Origin: Bacteroidales bacterium
GTDB taxonomy: Bacteria; Bacteroidota; Bacteroidia; Bacteroidales; UBA3663
DNA: 64,000 bases
Reading direction: 5' to 3'
Assembly: GCA_045627865.1 (NCBI GenBank)
Contig: JAZQOK010000004.1
Location: forward strand, 6,663-70,662
The position numbers and the translations under genes were made by a program. The notes under the pieces were generated by a model that worked only from the letters and a program-made list of their open reading frames with translations, made no database searches and was not told where the DNA came from. This document shows positions 29,833 to 39,471 of this stretch, piece after piece (position 1 is the stretch's first letter; the number at the start of each line of letters is the position of its first letter).

Positions 29833-30732
29833 TTACTTGATTTTGTCAAACCCTTCGCCGAAGACACCGTGGCAGAAGCTTTGTGAAACCATGGCGTTCG
29901 GGTCGATGGCCTTGATGAGGTTGAAGAGGTACTGGCTCTCGTATTTGCGGCAGAGGACCATCACCACCTTGACTGGTTGTTTGCTGTACCAGCCCTGTCC
30001 GTCGAGGATGGTCACACCGCGGTTCATCTGTTGGTTGATGGCATCAGCCATCACTTCGTAGCGCTTTGAGATGATCAGGAACTGAACCGTCTGGCGGTTA
30101 CCATTCACGACATAATCCAGCATGATGCTTGCCGACACGGTGAAGGCTACGCCATACACAATCAGCTCGGCCGATTGGAACAGGATGTAGCTGGAGCAGA
30201 TGATCGTGATGTCGAGGAACTGCATGATTCGGCCCATGCTCATGCGGCTGTATTTATTGACGAGTGCCACGATGATGTCGGTGCCGCCGGTCGAACCATT
30301 GTGGGCGAAGACGATGCCCAAACCGCCGCCACCCATCAGGGCTCCGATCAATACATGCATGAAACGGTCTTCGCCCGGTGTGATGAGCGGGAAGGCTTCG
30401 AAGACGTTCTGCAGGATACCAACCATGGCCGAGAGTATCGTTACGCCTACGATGGTGCGGATAACGAATTGCCGGCTGAGTGCCTTGAACGAAATCAGGA
30501 GGAGCACTACGTTGATTGCCCAGATGGTGATAGCTGGGGAGATGGAGAAGGCATAGTAAAGCAGCGACGATATACCAGTCACTCCTCCCTGTACCAATTT
30601 TTCGGGCAATAAGAAAGCCGTAAAGCCGACGGCATAAAGACTGATGCCCAGAAAGATGAAGATGTAATCTTTGATGTATTGGGCACGAGTGCGTCTGTTG
30701 ACTAATTCCAGTAGATTTGCCATATTATTCAA
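29833..30732 (-). CDS. YitT-family membrane protein (DUF2179 C-terminal domain)
   Basis: 299 aa. ...FLGISLYAVGFTAFLLPEKLVQGGVTGISSLLYY..., typical of the YitT family. Confidence 0.75.
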   Translation of the reverse strand: MNNMANLLELVNRRTRAQYIKDYIFIFLGISLYAVGFTAFLLPEKLVQGGVTGISSLLYYAFSISPAITIWAINVVLLLISFKALSRQFVIRTIVGVTILSAMVGILQNVFEAFPLITPGEDRFMHVLIGALMGGGGLGIVFAHNGSTGGTDIIVALVNKYSRMSMGRIMQFLDITIICSSYILFQSAELIVYGVAFTVSASIMLDYVVNGNRQTVQFLIISKRYEVMADAINQQMNRGVTILDGQGWYSKQPVKVVMVLCRKYESQYLFNLIKAIDPNAMVSQSFCHGVFGEGFDKIK

Positions 30733-30779
30733 TTATTGCGTGCAAATATACTGAATAATTTTTCAGCCGCCAAAAAATG

Positions 30780-31481
30780 TCAGAAGAATTTATATTGAAT
30801 ACCAATCCCTAAGCACAATATGTCACTCAAAGTTATCTTTTCGTTGGGGATAGCAGAGATTACGGCGAGGTCGTAGGTTGAGAGAAGCCCATAGAGCGAA
30901 ACTTTGTCGTAGTGCGAGCGTTTGTCTTTGGGAACATTGAACGACAGGCGGCTGCCGATGCCGAAATGTACTCTCACTTTCGACGAGAAACGGTAATAGT
31001 CGCCGCCATTGTATTTGTTGGGTTCGTGCACCCAAAATTCATCGTCGAAGATTGAGTTGATGAAAACTGAGCAGTAGAAGGGTTCGATCGAGGCAAAGGC
31101 ACGGCGGTTCCATTGGAGTTTCTCGCCCAGGGTGCCGATGCCCTCGGTATCTGCCCAGCTGCGAGGGCCCAGGCCGATGCTCCAGGGGATATAGTTCTCG
31201 CGCAGGGTGAAGGTGAGATCCCACTTCTGGGTATCGTATTTCGGCAGGAATCCCACATGGATGGTGGTTTCCCACTGGTCGCGTTTGCCATAATCCCAGC
31301 CGAAGCCTGCCGATATCAATCCGATGTCGCCGGCATACTGTACGCATCCGATGTTTGGAATCAGCTTCATCCAACGCCTTTGGATGTGATCGACGCGCAG
31401 TTCGTGGCTTGTCATCTCAGCGCACAATGGAGTGATGCCAAGCCATAGCAACAGGTTAAAAATCAGTAGTCTCGATCTCAT
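30780..31481 (-). CDS. Hypothetical outer-membrane beta-barrel protein
   Basis: Start placed at ATG 31481 (MRSRLLIFNLLLWLGITPLCA, a signal peptide). The C-terminus is ...GIGIQYKFF, an aromatic OMP signature. It overlaps the upstream gene by 26 nt. Confidence 0.5.
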   Translation of the reverse strand: MRSRLLIFNLLLWLGITPLCAEMTSHELRVDHIQRRWMKLIPNIGCVQYAGDIGLISAGFGWDYGKRDQWETTIHVGFLPKYDTQKWDLTFTLRENYIPWSIGLGPRSWADTEGIGTLGEKLQWNRRAFASIEPFYCSVFINSIFDDEFWVHEPNKYNGGDYYRFSSKVRVHFGIGSRLSFNVPKDKRSHYDKVSLYGLLSTYDLAVISAIPNEKITLSDILCLGIGIQYKFF

Positions 31482-32295
31482 AGTTGTTGTCTTTGATAGT
31501 AATTGAATAGTATTGTCGCTTGGCGATGTCGCCGATGCCGTAGAAGAGGATGCCATCGTCGAAGAGCTCCAACGTTTGCGTGTGGTGATTGTGCCCATTC
31601 AGCACAAATGGGTTCGGGAACATGCGCAGATAGCGGTCGAAGGGGAGGTTCACGTTGTTGTTGAACTGTTCATCGCCCGGACGGGAGTGCATCACGACGA
31701 TGGTGCGGGTGATGCTGTCGGGGTACTGCCGGTTGAGCTCGGTTATGTACGAAATCTCCCGTTCGAGGAAGTCAAAGTCGGGAATCGGTGTGGTGTAATC
31801 CAGCTCGAGGGCGACGGTGTTGAGCATCTCGAAGCGTGCGTGTCCGACGGTGAAGGAGTAGTTCAGCTCGCCGAACATCTCGCGGTAGATACTCTCTCCG
31901 TGGCCCAGATAGTCGTGGTTGCCGATGATGGTCAGCCAGGGCATGCGGAGGTTCTTGAGGCAATCTCTCATCCATTCGAACTCGCGGGTCAGTCCGAAGT
32001 CGGTCATGTCACCACCATGCAGCACGAAGTCGATGTCGCTGCATCGGTTGATGGCGGCCACTGCTTCGTCGGTTTCATCGTATCTGCGCTGGGTATCGCT
32101 GATGAAAGCGAACTTGAATTCATTGCCGAGGTGCTGGCTCTCCAATCTGTAGAGATTCTTCTGGGTCAGATGCGTCTCTCCCTTGATCTTGCCCTCATAC
32201 GGATGGCTTTCCAGCAGGTCACAACCTGTTAGCAAAGCGAGGCTCCATAGCCAAAAAAATATGTACATTTGCGGTTTCATGCCGCAAATGTACAT
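31456..32295 (-). CDS. Calcineurin-like metallophosphoesterase lipoprotein
   Basis: 279 aa with lipobox LLTGC. Motifs: FAFISDTQ, HGGDMTDFG, GNHD and GHNHH. An alternative start lies at 32280. Confidence 0.8.
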   Translation of the reverse strand: MYICGMKPQMYIFFWLWSLALLTGCDLLESHPYEGKIKGETHLTQKNLYRLESQHLGNEFKFAFISDTQRRYDETDEAVAAINRCSDIDFVLHGGDMTDFGLTREFEWMRDCLKNLRMPWLTIIGNHDYLGHGESIYREMFGELNYSFTVGHARFEMLNTVALELDYTTPIPDFDFLEREISYITELNRQYPDSITRTIVVMHSRPGDEQFNNNVNLPFDRYLRMFPNPFVLNGHNHHTQTLELFDDGILFYGIGDIAKRQYYSITIKDNNYEIETTDF

Positions 32296-32357
32296 ACATT
32301 AATTGTTATTAGCAAGAGAAATTAACCAAATTTGGCAATTTCTTCACTGAATTTCGT

Positions 32358-32389
32358 CCCCTCCCTTTACGGGAGGGTTAGGGTGGGTC
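32358..32389 (-). repeat. GC-rich palindromic element, subtype 2, overlapping the leuS TAG stop
   Basis: CCCCTCCC-TTTAC-GGGAGGG-TTAGGGTGGGTC. On the leuS strand it reads TAGACCCACCCTAACCCTCCC..., with the G of the TAG stop being the first base of the element. Confidence 0.85.
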
Positions 32390-35256
32390 TATTTGGTCAC
32401 AATATTAACGATCTTCTTCGGAACGAAGATGAACTTCAAGATTTCCTTGCCATCAATCCAGCGTTGAGCCTCCTCGGTAGCCAGAACAGCCGCCTTGACC
32501 GCCTCGGCATCAGCATCAGCAGGGAGGTCGATGGTGAAGCGCATCTTACCACCAATCTGTACTGGGTACTTGACGGTGCTCTCGATGAGGTACTTCTCCT
32601 CGCATACAGGCCACTTGGCATCACAAACCGATGTGGTGTTGCCCAACTGGTGCCAGAGTTCCTCGGCAATGTGTGGAGCAAATGGAGCGATCAGCACGAC
32701 GAGTTGTTCGAGGATTGCCTTGCTGCTGCACTTCTGCTGGGTCAGCTCATTGACTGCCACCATGAAGGCTGAGATAGCGGTATTGTACGAGAACTGCTCG
32801 ATGTCGCCAGTAACCTTCTTGATCAGCTTATGGAGCGACTTGAGGTTCTCGGCCGATGGCTCTGCGTCGGTTACCTTGCTGCAGTTAGCGTCAACGTCAG
32901 CGTCGCCGTTAGCGTTGAAGAGGTTCCAGAACTTCTTCAGGAAACGGAAGGCACCATCGATGCCTGCTGTATCCCAAGGCTTAGACTGCTCGATAGGACC
33001 GAGGAACATCTCGTAGATACGAAGGGTATCGGCACCATACTTCTCGCAGATATCGTCTGGGTTAACCACATTGTACTTCGACTTCGACATCTTCTCAACA
33101 GCAGCGGTGGTCAGGAACTTGCCATCCTTGTTGCAGATTACCTCAGCGTCGTTGAACTCAGGACGCCAAGCCTTGAATGCCTCAACGTCCATGTCGAGGT
33201 TATTCACGAAGTTCACATCAACGTGGATTGGATCACATTGGCCATACTCAGCAGCGATGTCGGCGCTCACGAACTTGTTGGTGCCACTCACACGCATAGC
33301 GAAACGGCTTGAACCCTGAATCATACCCTGGTTGATGAGCTTCTTGAATGGCTCCTCGCTCTTCACCACGTTGATGTCCTTCAGGAACTTGTTCCAGAAA
33401 CGAGAGTAGATCAAGTGGCCGGTAGCATGCTCTGAACCGCCCAGATAGAGATCTACATTATCCCAGTACTGGTTAGCCTCCTCGCTCACGAGGGCCTCGT
33501 TGTTCTGAGGATCGGTATAGCGGGTGTAGTAGGCCGATGAACCAGCGAAGCCTGGCATAGTGCAGAGTTCCAATGGGAAGATGCTCTTGTTGTCGATCAA
33601 AGACTTGCTGACCACCTTCTTGTTCGTTTCGTCCCAAGCCCAAAGATCGGCATTGCCCAATGGTGGTTCGCCGTTCTTGTTTGGCTTGAAGTCCGAAACC
33701 TCAGGCAACTCCAATGGCAGGCACTCGGTTGGCAAGGTGTAAGGCATACCCTCTTTGTAATAAACAGGGAATGGCTCACCCCAGTAACGCTGACGGCTGA
33801 AGATAGCGTCGCGCAGACGGTAGTTGACCTTCACGCGGCCGATCTTCTTCTCGGTCACATATTTCTTCATGGCAGCGATGCTCTCCTTGACCTGCAGGCC
33901 ATTGAGGTTGATCTCTGCGTTGGCGGAATTCTTCATCACGCCCTCCTTGGCATCGAAGCTGCCCTCGTTGAGGTCGTAGTCACCCTCGATGAGCGGAATG
34001 ATAGGGAGGTTAAAGTGCTTGGCGAAAGCCCAGTCACGAGAGTCGTGAGCAGGAACAGCCATGATGGCACCTGTACCATAGCCGGCCAATACATATTCAG
34101 AAACCCAGATAGGGATATTCTCTCCTGTGATTGGGTTGATGGCGTATGCGCCGGTGAAGACACCAGTCACCTCGTGAGCTGCCTGACGGTCACGCTCGGT
34201 CTTGCGCTTGCAAGCCTCGAGGTAGGCCTCAACCTCGGCCTTCTTGTCCGAGGTAACCACCTGCTGCACATACTTGCTCTCTGGAGCGAGTACCATGAAG
34301 GTAACACCAAACATCGTATCGGCACGGGTTGTGAAGATGGTGAACTCCAGGCCATCCTGAGTGGCAGGATTGTCGTTCTTGACCACCTTGAACTGAGCCT
34401 CAGTACCCTCGCTACGGCCAATCCAGTTCTTCTGGGTCTCCTTGATGGAATCACTCCAGTCGATGGTCTCCAATCCATCCAACAGACGCTGTGCATAAGC
34501 AGAAACGCGCAAGCACCACTGGCGCATTACCTTCTGTTTAACAGGGAAACCTCCACGTTCTGAGACGCCGTTTACAACCTCGTCGTTGGCCAAAACGGTA
34601 CCTAATTCCGGACACCAGTTGACCATGGTCTCGCCCAAGTAGGCGATACGGTAGTTCATCAGGGTCTGCTGTTTCTCGACCTCGCTCATAGCCTTCCACT
34701 CGTCGGCGGTAAAGCTGAGTTCCTTGGTGCAAGCCATGTCTAATCCCTCGGTACCCTTCTGTTCGAAGCGCTTTACGAGTTCGCTGATTGGTTTGGCGCA
34801 CTGACACTTGTTGCAATAGCAGCTGTTGAACATCTGAGCGAAAGCCCATTGGGTCCACTTGTAGTAACCAGGCTCGCAAGTGCGGACCTCACGGTTCCAG
34901 TCGAAGCAGAAGCCGATACGGTCCAACTGCTCGCGATAGCGGGCGATGTTCTTCTCGGTGGTGATGGCAGGATGCTGACCTGTTTGGATAGCATACTGTT
35001 CTGCTGGCAGACCATAGGCATCGTAGCCCATTGGGTGCAGTACATTGAAGCCACAGAGACGCTTGTAGCGAGAGAAGATATCGCTGGCAATGTAGCCAAG
35101 AGGGTGACCTACGTGAAGGCCTGCTCCCGAAGGATATGGGAACATGTCGAGCACATAGAACTTTGGACGGCTTGGGTCGATTTCAACCTTGTAGGTCTTC
35201 TGCTCTCTCCAACGCTGTTGCCAGGTTTGTTCGATTTCTTTGAAATTGTATTCCAT
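32389..35256 (-). CDS. leuS: Leucine--tRNA ligase
   Basis: 955 aa. Class I signatures are present: HVGHPLGY (HIGH-type) and KMSKSK. Length and architecture are typical of LeuS. Confidence 0.95.
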   Translation of the reverse strand: MEYNFKEIEQTWQQRWREQKTYKVEIDPSRPKFYVLDMFPYPSGAGLHVGHPLGYIASDIFSRYKRLCGFNVLHPMGYDAYGLPAEQYAIQTGQHPAITTEKNIARYREQLDRIGFCFDWNREVRTCEPGYYKWTQWAFAQMFNSCYCNKCQCAKPISELVKRFEQKGTEGLDMACTKELSFTADEWKAMSEVEKQQTLMNYRIAYLGETMVNWCPELGTVLANDEVVNGVSERGGFPVKQKVMRQWCLRVSAYAQRLLDGLETIDWSDSIKETQKNWIGRSEGTEAQFKVVKNDNPATQDGLEFTIFTTRADTMFGVTFMVLAPESKYVQQVVTSDKKAEVEAYLEACKRKTERDRQAAHEVTGVFTGAYAINPITGENIPIWVSEYVLAGYGTGAIMAVPAHDSRDWAFAKHFNLPIIPLIEGDYDLNEGSFDAKEGVMKNSANAEINLNGLQVKESIAAMKKYVTEKKIGRVKVNYRLRDAIFSRQRYWGEPFPVYYKEGMPYTLPTECLPLELPEVSDFKPNKNGEPPLGNADLWAWDETNKKVVSKSLIDNKSIFPLELCTMPGFAGSSAYYTRYTDPQNNEALVSEEANQYWDNVDLYLGGSEHATGHLIYSRFWNKFLKDINVVKSEEPFKKLINQGMIQGSSRFAMRVSGTNKFVSADIAAEYGQCDPIHVDVNFVNNLDMDVEAFKAWRPEFNDAEVICNKDGKFLTTAAVEKMSKSKYNVVNPDDICEKYGADTLRIYEMFLGPIEQSKPWDTAGIDGAFRFLKKFWNLFNANGDADVDANCSKVTDAEPSAENLKSLHKLIKKVTGDIEQFSYNTAISAFMVAVNELTQQKCSSKAILEQLVVLIAPFAPHIAEELWHQLGNTTSVCDAKWPVCEEKYLIESTVKYPVQIGGKMRFTIDLPADADAEAVKAAVLATEEAQRWIDGKEILKFIFVPKKIVNIVTK

Positions 35257-35379
35257 ATATGATGTTGTTTTGTTCTTTTGTTGTTTTGCTATATAACAGA
35301 GAACGTGAACGTTAAAAAGCGCGCAAATATATATATTTAAAACGAAAAAGGCAAAGATTTTCGCAAAAAAGTGAAAAAC

Positions 35380-36351
35380 TTAGCCTTTTCTTTTTAATAA
35401 TACATATAGAATGACCGGTATGCCGAACAGCGGAGTGAGTGCATTGATCGGTAACGACTGACCTTGATCTGGCCAACTGCTGATCCACAGACAGAGCAGA
35501 CAACAGAGTGATCCCAGCAGCATCGAGGCGGGTAGGAGGGTGCGATGGTTGTCGGTCTTGAATAGCAAACGGGCCATGTGTGGGATGCTGAGTCCGACAA
35601 AGGCGATGGGGCCGCACCAAGCAGTCGTTGTGGCGCAAAGGAGGCCGGTAACCAGCAGAATGCCCCAACGGACATGCGAGATCGAAACACCCAAGTTGAG
35701 TGCATATAGTTCGCCCATCATCCAACCATTTAAGGGTCGTATTAAGCTAATTGCACCCACAAGACCAATCGTAATGAGTCCGCCATAGATGGCCAGAGAG
35801 CCCATGCCCACTTGTTGGAAGGTACCCATGCCCCACAGAAGCAAGGCTTGTACACCATCGGCCGAAGCCTGATAGTTCAATAAGGTCAATATGGCACTGG
35901 TCAAATAACTCAATAGAATGCCCACAATCAACAGGGTGACCGTCTGTCGGACCAGTTTGCTGATAGCAAGCAATAACAATAGCACAAAGAACGCCCCAGC
36001 AAATGAGGCTCCTACCAATCCGAATCCTACCTGAACTCCAGTCAACAGAATGACGATGGCTACAGCGAGGTTGGCACCACTCGTGATTCCAAGGATTGAG
36101 GGACCCGCCAACGGATTACGGAAATAGCTTTGCAGCAAAAGTCCTGCAACGCCCAATCCGGCACCGGTCAAGAGAGCGGTTACCATGGCAGGAAAACGCA
36201 TCTCCCAGATGATGTATTGCCAACTGCTTTGCGATCCCTTGTTGCCTATCAATATGGAGAATACCTCCTCTGCCGGAATCGAAACCGATCCCGTAAAGAG
36301 ACAGGCAAATGCTGCCACAATGATTGCAAACGAGATGATGCTATATTTCAA
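35380..36351 (-). CDS. FecCD-family ABC transporter permease (iron-chelate/heme/B12 type)
   Basis: 323 aa with about 9-10 TM helices. FecCD-type motifs are present (...LLGASFAGAFFVLLL..., PIAFVGLSIPHMARLL). Confidence 0.8.
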   Translation of the reverse strand: MKYSIISFAIIVAAFACLFTGSVSIPAEEVFSILIGNKGSQSSWQYIIWEMRFPAMVTALLTGAGLGVAGLLLQSYFRNPLAGPSILGITSGANLAVAIVILLTGVQVGFGLVGASFAGAFFVLLLLLAISKLVRQTVTLLIVGILLSYLTSAILTLLNYQASADGVQALLLWGMGTFQQVGMGSLAIYGGLITIGLVGAISLIRPLNGWMMGELYALNLGVSISHVRWGILLVTGLLCATTTAWCGPIAFVGLSIPHMARLLFKTDNHRTLLPASMLLGSLCCLLCLWISSWPDQGQSLPINALTPLFGIPVILYVLLKRKG

Positions 36352-36353
36352 AA

Positions 36354-36632
36354 TTAGAACTCGAACTTCTCGATCTTCATGTTTCCGGCTTCCTTAATAA
36401 TGGCAACGCATTCCTTGAATTCGCGAGTTTCTGAGTGTTTGGCAAGTGATTCCTCATCCTTCCATGTTTCACAGATCAAGAAAACCTGACAACGGGTTTC
36501 GCTCGAGAAAACGTCATAGGCAATGCAGCCTTCATGTTTTTGTGACTTCATAGTTAGAGTAGTGGCTGCATCCATGGCTTTGTCATAGGATGCAGCATTG
36601 TTCGCTTCGAAGAAACAATTCAATCGAATCAT
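36354..36632 (-). CDS. Antibiotic-biosynthesis-monooxygenase (ABM) domain protein
   Basis: 92 aa. The ferredoxin-like ABM pattern is present (IRLNCFFEA...EGCIAYDVF...ETWKDEESLAKH). Its stop lies 3 nt upstream of the permease start. Confidence 0.7.
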   Translation of the reverse strand: MIRLNCFFEANNAASYDKAMDAATTLTMKSQKHEGCIAYDVFSSETRCQVFLICETWKDEESLAKHSETREFKECVAIIKEAGNMKIEKFEF

Positions 36633-36768
36633 GATGATATTTGTTTAGTTTAGAATTGGCTATTCCTGCACTTTGTTTTTGGGGCGGCAAAGATAATGAC
36701 ATTTTTCAAGATTCCAAAGGATTTCCTGAAATTTAACATGGTTTCTATATTTTTGGCCCACAAAAAGC

Positions 36769-37206
36769 TTATTGATTGAAAGTTTCGATGAATTTGTCCA
36801 ATAAAGGAACCAGTTCTTGTAGCTCGTCGATCGACATACCACAGTTGACCACTTGTTGGGCCAAACAATTAGGCACCTCTTTGATCTGCTCCTCCAGTTG
36901 CTTTCCGGTCCGAGTCAGCGAGACGATTCGCTGACGACTGTCAGCCATACTCTTTTGTCGGATAATCAGCCCCTGCTTCTCCATGCGCTGGAGGAGCGGT
37001 GTGACCGTATTGGTCTCCAGATGCAGACGTTCGGTTATCTCTGAGATGACGAGATTGTCCTTCTCCCACAAGACCATCAGGACGAGGTATTGTGGATAGG
37101 TGATTCCGAACTTCTGGAAGTAGGGGGTGTAGGATGAGGTGACCAGACGTGCTGCTGTATAGAGTCGGAAGCAAAGCTGGTTGTCTAATTTGAGCTGCGG
37201 GTACAT
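36769..37206 (-). CDS. MarR-family transcriptional regulator, OhrR-like
   Basis: 145 aa. A conserved N-terminal Cys lies in LDNQLCFRLY. The winged-helix region is ITYPQYLVLMVLWEKDNLVISEITERLHLETNTVTPLLQRMEKQGLI. Confidence 0.8.
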   Translation of the reverse strand: MYPQLKLDNQLCFRLYTAARLVTSSYTPYFQKFGITYPQYLVLMVLWEKDNLVISEITERLHLETNTVTPLLQRMEKQGLIIRQKSMADSRQRIVSLTRTGKQLEEQIKEVPNCLAQQVVNCGMSIDELQELVPLLDKFIETFNQ

Positions 37207-37210
37207 GGAC

Positions 37211-37405
37211 TTATTTGTTGCACTTGAACTGATACTTGTCGCAGATTGATTGACGCTCCTCTTCGCTCAATGAAGCGAGATAGCCCTTCCAACCTGGACA
37301 GAAGTTAATGTGCCAACGCCAGAAACGGCCTAAGAGGGATTTTGGGTTGTTGTCATACTTTGCACGGAATTTGCAGTTTGCACAAGGTTTTTCGTTTGTT
37401 GCCAT
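37211..37405 (-). CDS. Small Cys-rich protein of unknown function (64 aa, 5 Cys including an N-terminal CxxC)
   Basis: MATNEKPCANCKFRAKYDNNPKSLLGRFWRWHINFCPGWKGYLASLSEEERQSICDKYQFKCNK. It is tightly packed between the MarR gene and the membrane-protein gene, with 2-4 nt spacers. Confidence 0.5.
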   Translation of the reverse strand: MATNEKPCANCKFRAKYDNNPKSLLGRFWRWHINFCPGWKGYLASLSEEERQSICDKYQFKCNK

Positions 37406-37407
37406 AA

Positions 37408-37659
37408 TTAATTTGTTTTATTGTTCCACCAATTTTTCAATCGCTTGACTCCCTCGACTCCAATAATGGTCAGACCTGTGTATTGGAAGGTCTTGGCTAA
37501 GCCAAAGAAGAGGACCCAAAGTCCCGCTTTCGCTTCTGCGCTAATCGGCAAAGCCATCTGTGCGAACGAGATGATATAACATGGTACGCAAAGCAGCAGA
37601 ATGATTACGCCTGTGCGAAACGAGAAGCGACGGAGGAAGGATTGAATTTTCTCTTTCAT
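37408..37659 (-). CDS. Small two-TM membrane protein (transporter-suffix-domain-like)
   Basis: 83 aa with two hydrophobic helices. It lies 3 nt downstream of the gpx stop. Confidence 0.5.
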   Translation of the reverse strand: MKEKIQSFLRRFSFRTGVIILLLCVPCYIISFAQMALPISAEAKAGLWVLFFGLAKTFQYTGLTIIGVEGVKRLKNWWNNKTN

Positions 37660-37662
37660 TAC

Positions 37663-38214
37663 TTAAAGCCATTTCTGGATTTCTGCCTCGATCTGTTTTG
37701 GGGTGACAGTAGGAGCAAAGCGCTTTACTACATTGCCATTGCGATCCACCAGGAACTTCTCGAAGTTCCACTTGATGTCCTCCTTCTTCGTACTCTTGCC
37801 ATTGATGCGAGAGGTGAGGGATATCAACGCACTCATCAGCCAGCTGCCACTACCTTCTCGATTGCTTTTGGCTTTCTTGAGGTAGGTGTAGAGTGGAGAC
37901 TCGTTCTCGCCATTCACATCGATCTTCTTGAAACGAGGGAAGGTGGTGTCGTATTTGGCCGAACAGAAGGAGTTGATCTCCTCGTCATTGCCCTTGGCTT
38001 GCTCCATAAACTGGTTGCAAGGGAAGTCTAAGATCACGAAACCATCCTCTTTGTGATTTCTATAAAGCTGCTCGAGAGCCTCATATTGAGGGGTCAGTCC
38101 GCAAGCGGTAGCGGTGTTGACAATAAGCAGAACCTGGTTCTTGTACTCATTGAGCGAAACCTCGATGTCTTGACGGTTTTCGCGCTTCATTACTTTGATG
38201 TCGTAAATACTCAT
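37663..38214 (-). CDS. Glutathione peroxidase family protein
   Basis: 183 aa. VLLIVNTATACGLTPQYEALEQLY...GFVILDFPCNQF... and WNFEKFLVDRNG are GPx signatures with a Cys active site. Confidence 0.9.
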   Translation of the reverse strand: MSIYDIKVMKRENRQDIEVSLNEYKNQVLLIVNTATACGLTPQYEALEQLYRNHKEDGFVILDFPCNQFMEQAKGNDEEINSFCSAKYDTTFPRFKKIDVNGENESPLYTYLKKAKSNREGSGSWLMSALISLTSRINGKSTKKEDIKWNFEKFLVDRNGNVVKRFAPTVTPKQIEAEIQKWL

Positions 38215-38220
38215 TGTTGT

Positions 38221-38236
38221 AATATCGTTTACGATT
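38221..38236. promoter_or_regulatory. Candidate operator half-palindrome (weaker copy)
   Basis: AATATCGTTTACGATT lies between the -7 box and the gpx ATG. It is related to the perfect inverted repeat at 38310-38325. Confidence 0.3.
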
Positions 38237-38288
38237 AATTGTTGATATTCTCCTGTCTGATTTATTCCAAAATCATTAATTGACGCTG

Positions 38289-38296
38289 CAAAGATA
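38289..38296 (-). promoter_or_regulatory. Bacteroidota -7 promoter box (TAnnTTTG) for the gpx operon
   Basis: The reverse complement reads TATCTTTG, about 75 nt upstream of ATG 38214. Confidence 0.5.
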
Positions 38297-38309
38297 AGGA
38301 TGAATATTT

Positions 38310-38325
38310 ATATCGCAAACGATAT
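38310..38325. promoter_or_regulatory. Candidate MarR/OhrR operator (inverted repeat ATATCG-N4-CGATAT)
   Basis: A perfect 6-bp inverted repeat separated by 4 nt, 14-30 nt upstream of the -7 box of the operon that ends with the MarR gene. Confidence 0.35.
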
Positions 38326-38391
38326 TTGGTAAATTTTGTAATTGTTTTATGTATAGTATTTGTTTTGTTCGTTAGTTGATATCTGCAGCTC

Positions 38392-39471
38392 TCAAATCTT
38401 TCCTTTTAGAGATTCGATTACTGCATGTTGCAAGTTTTGTTTGGCCACATCCGGCCTCATCAGTTCAGCCAATGGACGATGATCATTGGCATTGATGCTA
38501 GCTGCCAGATGGAAGGCTTGGGCCAATTGACCATGCGGATCCTCGATGGCGCCCGATAGTAGGATAATGGGGACATCTGCTTTTTGACAACGTTTCAGCA
38601 GGCCATGTGGCACTTTCCCCATTAGAGTCTGTTCGTCCGATTTCCCTTCGCCGGTCAATACCCAATCCGTCTCGTTTAGCTGCTGATCGAAACCGACAAT
38701 GTCCAACAGAATATCGATGCCCGACTTCAATTCGGCATGCAGATAGGCCATCAGTCCGAACCCCAAGCCTCCAGCGGCTCCTGCTCCTGGGTGTTCCATC
38801 ATCTCACGGGTAGCAATACCCTTGGCCACAGCCTCTTCTGCGAAAGTTCTTAGACGTGATTCGAGCATGGGTATCATCTCTGGGGTAGCCCCTTTTTGGG
38901 GAGCAAAGATGGCTGAGGCACCCATGGGACCACAAAGTGGGTTGGTTACATCGCAGGCCACTGTGATGGGCGGAAGTTCGTTGTTCTTCACTCCTTGATC
39001 ACGAATTGCCTGTAGCATCCCCATGCCTCCATCGTTGGTTGCACTACCACCAATACCCATGATGATCTGCTTGGCTCCTCGACGGAACGCATCCACGAGC
39101 ATTTCACCTACGCCATAGGTGGTGGTCAGCATCGGGTTACGTCGGTCGATGGGCACCAGCGGCAAGCCGCAGGTCGAAGCCATCTCCATGTAGGCCGTTC
39201 TGCCGTCGGCCGAGATGATGTATTCGGCCGTGACAGGTTCCATGAGCGGTCCGTGGGCGCGGAGGCAGATGCTCTGCAGCTGTACGTCGTGAACAGCCGA
39301 CATGTAGCCCTTCACGGCATGGACCAACCCCTCGCCGCCATCGCTCATCGGAATCTCGATGACCTGCGTCGAGGGGTGTGAGGAACGGATGGCCTCGGCC
39401 GCCGTCTGGCAAGCCACTTCGGCACTGAGGCATCCCTTGAACGAATCGAAAGCAACTACAATCTTTGGCAT
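38392..39471 (-). CDS. Glycerate kinase
   Basis: 359 aa. KIVVAFDSFKGCLSA...MSDGGEG are glycerate kinase family signatures. Its ATG overlaps the GH20 stop (TAATG). Confidence 0.85.
   Translation of the reverse strand: MPKIVVAFDSFKGCLSAEVACQTAAEAIRSSHPSTQVIEIPMSDGGEGLVHAVKGYMSAVHDVQLQSICLRAHGPLMEPVTAEYIISADGRTAYMEMASTCGLPLVPIDRRNPMLTTTYGVGEMLVDAFRRGAKQIIMGIGGSATNDGGMGMLQAIRDQGVKNNELPPITVACDVTNPLCGPMGASAIFAPQKGATPEMIPMLESRLRTFAEEAVAKGIATREMMEHPGAGAAGGLGFGLMAYLHAELKSGIDILLDIVGFDQQLNETDWVLTGEGKSDEQTLMGKVPHGLLKRCQKADVPIILLSGAIEDPHGQLAQAFHLAASINANDHRPLAELMRPDVAKQNLQHAVIESLKGKI

Noticed and set aside
32371-32387. Telomere-like GGGTTAGGG string
   Set aside because: It is part of the G-rich arm of a palindromic element on a bacterial chromosome. 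The resemblance to the TTAGGG repeat is a single unit and coincidental, and matters only for G4 potential.
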